Notes under the pieces: model-generated
Told to the model about the DNA's origin: nothing
Databases searched by the model: none
Seen by the model: the letters and a program-made list of their open reading frames with translations, nothing else
In this document: piece by piece, positions 29,987 through 38,765 of the stretch
How positions within the stretch are numbered: the stretch's first letter is position 1
Layout of the letters: the number at the start of each line of letters is the position of its first letter
Made by a program: the position numbers and the translations under genes
Source: Methanobacteriota archaeon
Lineage (GTDB): Archaea; Halobacteriota; Bog-38; Methanoflorentales; Methanoflorentaceae
Length of the DNA: 64,000 nt
Assembly (NCBI GenBank): GCA_963719035.1
Contig: CAVRAO010000011.1
Span: forward strand, 57,433-121,432
Direction: 5' to 3'

Positions 29987-30388
29987 TTGGCCATTTGCAT
30001 AACTGAAAAACGAATGGATGATACAGCAGCTGACTTCTGTGCACATTGCGGAGAAAGCGTAGCCCAAGAGGATAAGTTCTGTCCCGGATGTGGGAACTCG
30101 CTTGTATTGGCAACGTTAGCTTCTGAAATCCCGTTGGATCTCGATATTGGACAACCGGTATCGCAGCCTCAGCATGCTCAGCAAGTTCGCAACGACCGTA
30201 GAGGTCACCGTAAGTTATTCCTTGCCGGCACCGCTATCGCCTTAGCGTGGCTTCTTTTCGTGGCATTGTGGCTCTTCTTCTATGCCAGCGGGTCCAGCAT
30301 TGCGCAAAACATTGGGATCCTCGTCTTATCTCTTGTAGTAATGGCGATATTGGAGACATTGCTAGTGGTGCCGAGGGCCATGAAATAA
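29987..30388 (+). CDS. Zinc-ribbon membrane protein
   Basis: FCAHCG...FCPGCG plus two TM; preceded by a plus-strand variant of the repeat element (29966-30002). Confidence 0.7.
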   Translation: MAICITEKRMDDTAADFCAHCGESVAQEDKFCPGCGNSLVLATLASEIPLDLDIGQPVSQPQHAQQVRNDRRGHRKLFLAGTAIALAWLLFVALWLFFYASGSSIAQNIGILVLSLVVMAILETLLVVPRAMK

Positions 30389-30852
30389 CCTGACTGGGTA
30401 TCGCGCCAGAGAAGAAACCGTAACGCGAGACTAAGCGTGCGTCGTTTGTTAGATCGTTCATTCTGTGCCTGCAGATTGACTTACGTGCCAACGTTAACAG
30501 GTCTTTGACGGGGTCAAATCATCGTGATATTTCGCCTTGACAAGGGGGCGAAGAACGTAAAAGATTTGACGAGCGGTAACGGCGGCCTTTCTGAAGATGA
30601 AGAAATTTAGCATAGAGGAATTAAAAAAGGCGTATAAGGGGTAGCATTCGGGACAAAAATCGTCCTCGTTACGTACGCCGGTTCCACAATTCGAACAGAA
30701 TTTGTCCGCCAAAAACAAGTGAAGATCAACTTTTACGTCTTATACTTTCTCATTCTTCCGCAGACTTTTGCAGGTTCCGTGCAGGGAACTATGTCGCGAA
30801 TAACGAGGTCACGCCAGTTTTCCAAGGTTAGGGTTGTTGCTTGGTCTTATTG

Positions 30853-32277
30853 CTATGACCCGTCAAGTTGCCCGCGTTGAATTGCACGTTGGGCGACTTC
30901 GCTGCCAACTATTACCCCCTGATCACAATCGAACCTATAGTGGACTCCTGCGTAAAGGCGGGAGAGAGACGCTTCCTGTACCGTTGCTTGTATGTCGTGC
31001 TTCTCCGTGGGGAAGATGTAGCTCAAAACCCCCCCTGCTGCGCTGGAGAAGCTTGAATGACCAGACGTATAAGACGGAAAGTTCGGCGTGGGAACGGCGG
31101 TCTTGATGGTCGGATCGGCCTGAATAGGCCGCAGGTACCAATACTCGTACTTGGTGTTCCAGCAGCAGATTCCGGCATCCATGGTCGCCGTATTCATAAG
31201 CGCGAGCGCCCGAGCGGAGCGCAATTCGTTGAGCTTATAGCTCTGAATCTGATCGCACGCGATCTGGTTCCAGTAGCTTGGAGGGTTAACATCATTCCAG
31301 AACTTGGCAATCTGCTGCTGTTCCACGGTTCGATTATTTGCGATTTGCTTGACTTCTCGCAGCGACGCATTGAATTGCGCTGAACCAAACGCAGGTGGAG
31401 CAGCAGGCATAATCAGTTCAGACGAATTAAGCAACCAAGGTGTAACGTTGCCCCAATTCGGGAAATCCGGAGGCTGCGGTGGCGATGCCGTGCTAAACCA
31501 CTTGCCCGGTCCTGTCGGTACGGTGCCTTTCCACGAAGCATTCGAGCCATCGTTTTTAGAACGATTGATGACATGTTGTGCGACGGTGCGACCGAGGGAG
31601 TCTCCGGCAGTGATGTCACTACGGAAGTTCACGCCGGCCGCAAGCCGGGACTCTTCATCGGCAGCCGCCTGTGTTGATATCCACGCCGTTTCGTTGGGGT
31701 ACAGATAAGAGAGCACTGCAGCAGATGCACCAGCGACCGCGGCGTGGTCAGCGGGGTATGCCGGATCAGAGGTTGTTTGCACCGCGGGCCGAATGCTCGA
31801 ATCGAGCTCGTGGGGGCTCGATCGGTTAAACGTATATTTGTTGTTCCACGCAGCGACGAGTGCATCATACTGCGCCACACTTAAAAGCGCCAACTCGCGG
31901 GAGGCCATAAGTGGTGACGTATTATTTTTGACGACGAGGCTGCGTGCAATCTCGTTCCAGCGCACCACTGAGCCGTTGTTCCAGTAGGCGATGCTTTCAT
32001 TGACCTTAGGCGTTCGATTCAATTGGAGCGCCTTCAACTCGTTGAGGTCTTGATTATATTCCGCCGAACCTTGCGACGGTGGGGGGAGCGAGCGCACTGC
32101 ATCGCTTGAATTTAAGACGAACGGATTCCAGCTCCCACCTGTGGGCTCTGCTGCAAGCGCCATCCCCGCGCTTTTCGAGCTATCGTTTGTCGGGGTCAGA
32201 CACGCGCTCGCGCTAACAGCAAGAAGGACAGAAACGAGCACGACGGCTATGAGTGGACGTTTTAAACTCACAAACAA
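30853..32277 (-). CDS. PAP2/vanadium-haloperoxidase-family lipoprotein
   Basis: Lipobox SASAC; KYEYWYLRP, FPSYTSGHS, SRLYAGVHY; degenerate N-terminal copy of the domain. Confidence 0.85.
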   Translation of the reverse strand: MFVSLKRPLIAVVLVSVLLAVSASACLTPTNDSSKSAGMALAAEPTGGSWNPFVLNSSDAVRSLPPPSQGSAEYNQDLNELKALQLNRTPKVNESIAYWNNGSVVRWNEIARSLVVKNNTSPLMASRELALLSVAQYDALVAAWNNKYTFNRSSPHELDSSIRPAVQTTSDPAYPADHAAVAGASAAVLSYLYPNETAWISTQAAADEESRLAAGVNFRSDITAGDSLGRTVAQHVINRSKNDGSNASWKGTVPTGPGKWFSTASPPQPPDFPNWGNVTPWLLNSSELIMPAAPPAFGSAQFNASLREVKQIANNRTVEQQQIAKFWNDVNPPSYWNQIACDQIQSYKLNELRSARALALMNTATMDAGICCWNTKYEYWYLRPIQADPTIKTAVPTPNFPSYTSGHSSFSSAAGGVLSYIFPTEKHDIQATVQEASLSRLYAGVHYRFDCDQGVIVGSEVAQRAIQRGQLDGS

Positions 32278-32867
32278 GTTTGCGACCCCTCTCTATAAAT
32301 AATTCCTGCCGGACGCACAGCACTCAACTCGGAAATGCTTTGAGATTCCAGCTTAAATAATTGAATACACGTCGGAGGATCTCGATTGGAACGCTTTCGG
32401 CCCTCGGTCAAGACGATAACGAGCTCAAAGTAGCAGCGGCGCTCGCTCTCGGAAACATTAGTGATACTCCCGCTAGAGAACCACTTAAACAATTACGAAG
32501 CAACTCAAATGACCCACAGTGAAGAAAAAGCCTACTGCCTTAGATTAGTCGGTCGCTATAAGGAGGGGCATGCCACCTTGGCTGAACCCCGGGATCTGCT
32601 CTGTTCTTGGGTGATCCGGTTCGGGGAGCCAGCCCTCCTGAACCAGACGTTCTTTGCACCGTACCCGGTTGCACTTGCTGACCTGCCAGAAGAGATTACC
32701 GATCGTGGAAGGGATTATTGAAGGGAAGGAGAGTACATCTGATCAGCAGGAAACCCGGTAAAATTAAGGATGAGATAAAAATGCCCCCAAAAAAAAGATT
32801 TGTTGCCCAGACCCATTCAGAGTTTACTATTATTTATCCCCACTAGCTTTTTCAGCAAAGTCCGGCT

Positions 32868-34342
32868 TTGTCCCGGGATCGACCGGTTATCATTGCTGAA
32901 GACCCATGGTTCTTTCGCAGGCACCGTTTCCATGCCCAGAAGCTCGTGCTTCACCGGGCATCCATGCGGCGGTACCACGAGTATCTTGTTGCTAAAGGAT
33001 TCACGGTTGAATACCTTGAAACAGCAGCACTGGAGAAAAGTGCTGACGTCTATGAAAAGCTTGCTGGAAACGGGGTTACCGGGGTCCATCTCTGCGATCC
33101 GCTGGAAAACGGTCTGGTTGATGAGATTGAGAAATCCTGCACCAGGCAGGGAATCCGGCTAGTTACTTACGAGAGTCCCATGTTCTTCTGCTCACGGGAA
33201 TACCTCAGGGAGTTTTATCCTGAAGGGAGGAGATTCTATCTCACGGAATTTTACATAGCACAGAGAAAACGCCACAAGATCCTGCTCGAAAAAGATGGCA
33301 AACCGGCTGAGAAACGCTGGACGTTTGATACCCTTAACCGGGAACCGCTGCCAAAGGATTTCCTCATACCTCCGGTCTGGCACCCCGTTCAGAACGAGTA
33401 TGTAACCGAAGCGATCAGCTACGTGCAGCAACATTTTCCAAAGGCCTCTGGCGATGTGAACGCCTTTTCCTGGCCAGTCACGTTTAAAGATGCGGAACGC
33501 TGGTTTGACGATTTCCTCATGAACCGGCTGGTACTGTTCGGGAGGTACGAAGACGCGATTCAACGGGATGAAACGGTTCTTTTCCATTCCGCGCTCAGTC
33601 CCCTGCTGAATATCGGGCTCCTCACCCCTGGATACGTGGTGGATGCTGCATTGCGTCATGCACAGAAGCATGATACCCCGATTTCGTCTCTTGAGGGTTT
33701 TATCCGCCAGATGATCGGCTGGCGCGAGTTCATCAGGGCAGTCTATTACATCGCAGGAAAAAAAGAGCAGACATCTAATATACTGAATTTAACCCATTCG
33801 GTACCTCCCTGCTTCTGGACAGCCTCAACGGGTATCGAACCTGTTGACAGGACGATACAGCGTGTGCTCACTGGTGCCTATTGTCACAATATCGAGCGCC
33901 TGATGCGCTGGGTAATATCATGCTGCTCGCCGAATTCCATCCGGATCGGGTCTATGACTGGTTCTCGGAGCTCTTTATTGATGCATATGACTGGGTCATG
34001 GTACCCAATGTTTACGGGATGAGTCAGTTTTCCGACGGCGGGCTGATGAGTTCCAAACCCTACATATCCGGTTCCCCGTATGTGCTGAAGATGAGTAATT
34101 ACCAGGAAGGTCCGTGGTGCGATCTCTGGGATGCTCTCTACTGGCGTTTCCTGTATATCCATCGGGACATCTTCGAGCATAACCCGCGGATGGCCCCCGT
34201 CATCACGTATATCACCCGCATGCCGGAAGAGAAACGGGCCCCGATGATCGTAAAAGCAGAAAATTACCTCACCTCAATCGGGGCATGTGCAGGGGTACCG
34301 GAGTCCCCCTCCAGCGAAAGGAAACTAAAGAAACGCCGGTAA
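32868..34342 (+). CDS. Cryptochrome/photolyase (PhrB-like DPRP family), frameshift near 33905
   Basis: HAQKLVLHRASMR, LFHSALSPLLNIGLLTP, EGFIRQMIGWREF, HNIERLM, FIDAYDWVMVPNVYGMSQF, KPYISGS. Confidence 0.9.
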
Positions 34343-34398
34343 CGGCATGAACTGTTTACCGCTCCGGGTAGGGCAGCACCGGCTTTCATCCGAGCTTC

Positions 34399-34785
34399 CA
34401 AGCTAATCAGGACAAAATACGGTATGAACACTATGTTCCGGTGCCTCCAGCGCCAGCAGATGCTATAAAATCGTTATTAGAAGGACGCGCTAGGAACGAA
34501 AAAATGTTTTTGTATAACTCGATTAATAAATGGTTCAAACGCGAGAAGATATCTCTATCGCGCGTAGCGGCCCATTTCACGCTAGGGGACGCGAGGAAGT
34601 TCACTGAACAATATGGCGATATTATTCGGTGGGATCAGTCGAACAGAGCCTACATTATGACGCATGGCGTAAGTGAAATCGATTGGGAATATTACAAGCA
34701 TCCGCTGCCGGAGAATGTTTTTGATGCGTATATGCGATACTGGGCGGATGTGCGGTTGGCGTGTAATTATCCTTGCGTTGATTGA
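34399..34785 (+). pseudogene. Tyrosine integrase C-terminal half
   Basis: QDKIRYEHYVP...HFTLGDARKF...IMTHG...DWEYYKHPLP carries the putative second Arg, His and nucleophile Tyr. Confidence 0.8.
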
Positions 34786-34895
34786 AATCTTGTGGACAGC
34801 CAGAAACGTATAGGTAAAGATAGGCCACGTATATATGATGGGTTTATTAGCCGTTAAGTCGCGTATAATGGCTTAACGCCCTGCTATACCTGTCA

Positions 34896-35087
34896 TTATT
34901 TCTCCAGTGAGTCTAGTCCTTCTAAACCTAAACAAAACACACCAACTCCTAGAAGGACTCCAATTGTGGTGTAGTCCAACGCTGGTATAACAGACATAGA
35001 TGCTAAGATCGACATAACAACACTTGCAATTCCCATTCCTAACGCGACTGCATATAACACGATCTGGGTCACGTTCTCTCGAGCTAT
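34896..35087 (-). CDS. Small two-TM protein, possible ATA start
   Basis: AGGAGGTGAGAAC-ATA, then ARENVTQIVLYAVALGMGIASVV...LEK. Confidence 0.5.
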   Translation of the reverse strand: MARENVTQIVLYAVALGMGIASVVMSILASMSVIPALDYTTIGVLLGVGVFCLGLEGLDSLEK

Positions 35088-35403
35088 GTTCTCACCTCCT
35101 TACTCGTAATTAACGAACAGACGATTAAAGAGATCCGCCATTTTACGCGTCTTATTGTGTAGTTTGATCGCGATTCAGCAGAGAGTTGACACTGATAAAC
35201 GAAGCTTGGGATTTTCAGATCCGATTGTTCAGTTCTATGTGCTCACGACTTAGTAAACCAGCCTTTTGCACGATATCGATTGGAGGCAGATAAACATCCG
35301 CTGCCAGAAAACGTTTATGACGTGTATATACGGTATTGGGCAGATGTGCGATTCTAATTCTATGACAAAAAAGAAGGAAAGGAAGCGCGAACGCTCCCCT
35401 TTT

Positions 35404-35661
35404 TCACCACGTTGTGTGGATTGCCTCCTCCAAAGACATCGCTGGTGCAATGTGGGCCACACCGAAGCTGCTAAATGGTGCCGTGATCTTAAGCAACGAG
35501 ACTTCACTGGGCGCATCGAAGATTGCCACGGACGCGTGCCTGCCAATGAGGACGTAGCGACCGATCAGCTTGACGTCGTCAGGGTATTTGAATTGCTTCC
35601 ACTTTTCGTAAACCTGCTCCATATGGTCAGGATCAAATTTAAACCACAATACAAACAGCAT
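35404..35661 (-). CDS. DUF3303-like protein
   Basis: MLFVLWFKF...YPDDVKLIGRY...IFDAPSE...IAPAMSLEEA. Confidence 0.65.
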   Translation of the reverse strand: MLFVLWFKFDPDHMEQVYEKWKQFKYPDDVKLIGRYVLIGRHASVAIFDAPSEVSLLKITAPFSSFGVAHIAPAMSLEEAIHTTW

Positions 35662-35809
35662 TTTTTTCCACCTCCTTTCATATTGGCAGCGGTGGTAGTA
35701 ACCGCCGTTTTTTCTAAAACATTTATAAAGACACTCTAGGGGAATAAATGTTGTTATGACGGACGTCCGTCACAGTGATAAACGATATTTTGGCTACGAG
35801 CGGTAACGC

Positions 35810-36002
35810 GTCACAATCTCATTTTTTTCTTGGCGATTTACGGAAATTCGCGGAAAATACGGCGATATTTTTCAGTAGGATCAATCAAATCGAGCTTGTA
35901 TTATGACGCACGGCGTGAGCGGCATTGATTGGAAGCACTACAAGCATCCGTTGCCTTTAAATGTCTATGACGTGAATATGAAAAATTGGGCAGAAGTTAC
36001 CG
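35810..36002 (+). repeat. Integrase 3'-end remnant (others at 36391-36483, 47362-47521, 49706-49815; minus strand 57651-57716, 58374-58487)
   Basis: Each encodes part of LGDLRKF..THGVSGIDWKHYKHPLP..VYDVYM..W, most with stops or indels. Confidence 0.85.
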
Positions 36003-36064
36003 TCGATGCTTTAAACCATTTGCACCCAAAGCGTTAAGTCAAAAATTCGCTCTGTAAAAAAGCG

Positions 36065-36349
36065 ATGAAAGGAACGGATATAACGAAAGTTGCTATCGTA
36101 TCCGCCGTGTGCTTAATTGGATTAGTCGTCGTTCTAAAAAACGTCCTTAACATCCCCGCTGATATCCTCTCTCGGGATATCATCCTCTGGATAATTATTT
36201 ACTCAGGGTTCACCATTGTTCTGATTTCCCAAGAGGAGACGCCACGAAAAGAAGGAGCACCGCGGAAGACCTATGACAGTCCGTGGCTTTGGAGTGCAGT
36301 CATTATAGGCGTGACTCTTGCTATTATTGCAGTGTATGCTTTCGGATAA
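36065..36349 (+). CDS. Three-TM membrane protein
   Basis: Hydrophobic segments, 94 aa. Confidence 0.55.
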   Translation: MKGTDITKVAIVSAVCLIGLVVVLKNVLNIPADILSRDIILWIIIYSGFTIVLISQEETPRKEGAPRKTYDSPWLWSAVIIGVTLAIIAVYAFG

Positions 36350-36487
36350 ATGAAATTGTTAGAAACTATCTTGCATCTCAATAGGCCAAAGTGAGCGTAG
36401 TTGATTGGAAGCATTACAAGCATCCGCTGCCTAAGAGCGTCTAGGATACTTACGTGCGATATTGGCGAGATATCAATCTGTTTCTAG

Positions 36488-37003
36488 ATGGCTGAAATGG
36501 TCATTCGGCGCGATGAATCTAAGTGGGAGACTATGGCAATGAAATCTCTATTGATTTTGTATTCTTATCATCACAAGAATACTGAGAAAATCGCTAGAAT
36601 CTTCGCAAAAGTGCTAGATGCACAAATAAAAACGCTGCAGCAAGTAAACCTTGAAGAGCTTCAAGAGTATAGCCTAATTGGCTTTGGCTCAGGGATATAT
36701 AGTGAAAAACACCACGAATATCTGCTTGACCTTGCCGATAGACTACCACAGATCACCAACAAGAAAGCATTCATTTTCTCAACCAGCGCAATTATGGGAG
36801 ACGCCAAGGTCGCCAAAGATCATTCGCTGCTCAGGGAAAAACTGCAATCTAAGGGTTACATAATCGTTGATGAATTCAGTTGTAAGGGTTTTAACACAAA
36901 TAGCTTCCTTAAACTATTTGGTGGAATGAACAAGGGTAGACCTAATGCTGAAGACCTCAAAAATGCGGAAGAGTTTGCGTCGAACCTGAAGCAGAACATA
37001 TAA
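36488..37003 (+). CDS. Flavodoxin-family protein
   Basis: ILYSYHHKNTEKIA, IGFGSGIY, AFIFSTS, GRPNAEDLKNAEEF. Confidence 0.85.
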   Translation: MAEMVIRRDESKWETMAMKSLLILYSYHHKNTEKIARIFAKVLDAQIKTLQQVNLEELQEYSLIGFGSGIYSEKHHEYLLDLADRLPQITNKKAFIFSTSAIMGDAKVAKDHSLLREKLQSKGYIIVDEFSCKGFNTNSFLKLFGGMNKGRPNAEDLKNAEEFASNLKQNI

Positions 37004-37538
37004 AGCGTTCGCGCTTCCTTTCCTTTCTTCCGTTAAAGAAATGAAGCTGAGGGTAGTTCTCACTGCTGGATGTACAACTAACCCGACGGCATTGAATAAT
37101 TATATTAATGTTATTATATTTAGAACGTCTAGCAGTCAATCACTAGCCGCACAAATACTTACATGATGTCGCTGATTCTATTTTTTAGACCTTTATAGCG
37201 TTTTAATCACACGAGGGTCGTCCTAGATATTTCTCAGGCCTTTTACTCATACTGCGGCAGACGAATAAATCAACGGTCAGATTTTGCGCGACGATGCTAG
37301 GCGTCAACGGGTAGAGGCCTTCTAGGTACCGTGAAGAATATGAAGAAAACGAAGAAGACAAAGAATAGGGGACGGTCGAACAGCAATCCAAGAAAGCCGA
37401 GGAAACCCAAACATGAAGATTGTTATATCTATTCAATTAAATATATATTAAACTGAAACAAAAAACAGGGAGAAAAACCTGAACTGTGAAAAGTAGTACG
37501 TCTAAGAACACTTTACAGCTTTTGCGAGATGGTCTACC

Positions 37539-38765
37539 GTGAGACCAAAAGTGTTGCTCGTTGGCTACAACGGCGCAAACAACACCGGGGCAGAGGCAAA
37601 ACTTCTTGTAGTCATCGATGAGCTACGGCAAGTTATGGGTCCAAAAGCGGAATTACAGGTCGCTAGTCTCAATGTAGCTAATATACAGAGATACCTAAAA
37701 GAAGGCCAAAACCTTAAAATCAAACCTTTGCGGCCAGCACTCTTCCCGCTTGATACGAGAAAGCTGGTGAAGCAAACCGACCTGGTAATGCTCGTGGAAG
37801 GAAGTACCTATATGGATACCTGGGGGGCACCCCTCCTCTGGTACTACCTCCTCGCCACGAGATATGCCAAACAAATGAAGAAACCCTGTATTGCCTACTC
37901 CGTCGACGCTGGCAACGCATCAGATTTCAACAGCCGGCAAATTCGCCGAGAAGCAAGCAAAACCGATCTTATTTTGGCACGAACCCAAAACACAGCTAAG
38001 CGGCTACGCGGATGGGGGGTGCGAGCGCCCATCGAGGTCACAGCCGACAATGCCTTCGCCTTCCACCCAAGACCCGAAGATCAAAACATTCTCACACACG
38101 TCTGGCCTGAAGCAAAGCATGTAGTAGGCGTCGCAGCCGAAGACATCTACCAGTGGCCAGTCAGAATACGACCGTGGGACTCGAAGAAATACCGCTATAG
38201 GTGGCCGTATTACTACTCACACTCAAAAGAGCGCCTCGAGAAAGCAGAATCACTCGCTGACGTGCTTGCCGCTGAGGCCGATGAAATTATCGAGCAATAC
38301 GACAAAGACATCGCGCTCTTAAGCATGGAAGAGTTAGACGTTCCTTTCGCTCATAAGGTCAAACGCTTAATGAAGCACACAGACAGGGCACGAGTATTTA
38401 CTGCTATTGAATACAACGCTTCACAAATGACCAGCATACTGCAAAGCTTAGACGCTCTCATCACGTCGCGATATCATGCAGGAGTCCTTTCATTACCAAA
38501 TCAAGTCCCACAAGCAGCCATTGGCCATGATCTAAGGATTGAAGACCTCTACTCAGAACTGGACATACCTGAACTCTACGTGGATCACGAAGACCCCGAC
38601 AGGTTCACCGCTCTAAGCGACAATGTTGAGACACTCTTCAACGAACGCAACGCAATACAATCCAAGCTACAAAAAGGATACGAAGAGCACAGCCGACGAG
38701 AACAAAGGAATGTCCGGCTGTTCAGAGCCTTCTTAGAAACAAATTATCCCAGTTGGTTAAATTGA
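37539..38765 (+). CDS. Polysaccharide pyruvyl-transferase-like protein
   Basis: VGYNGANNTGAEA, ADNAF, ITSRYHAGV. Confidence 0.75.
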   Translation: MRPKVLLVGYNGANNTGAEAKLLVVIDELRQVMGPKAELQVASLNVANIQRYLKEGQNLKIKPLRPALFPLDTRKLVKQTDLVMLVEGSTYMDTWGAPLLWYYLLATRYAKQMKKPCIAYSVDAGNASDFNSRQIRREASKTDLILARTQNTAKRLRGWGVRAPIEVTADNAFAFHPRPEDQNILTHVWPEAKHVVGVAAEDIYQWPVRIRPWDSKKYRYRWPYYYSHSKERLEKAESLADVLAAEADEIIEQYDKDIALLSMEELDVPFAHKVKRLMKHTDRARVFTAIEYNASQMTSILQSLDALITSRYHAGVLSLPNQVPQAAIGHDLRIEDLYSELDIPELYVDHEDPDRFTALSDNVETLFNERNAIQSKLQKGYEEHSRREQRNVRLFRAFLETNYPSWLN

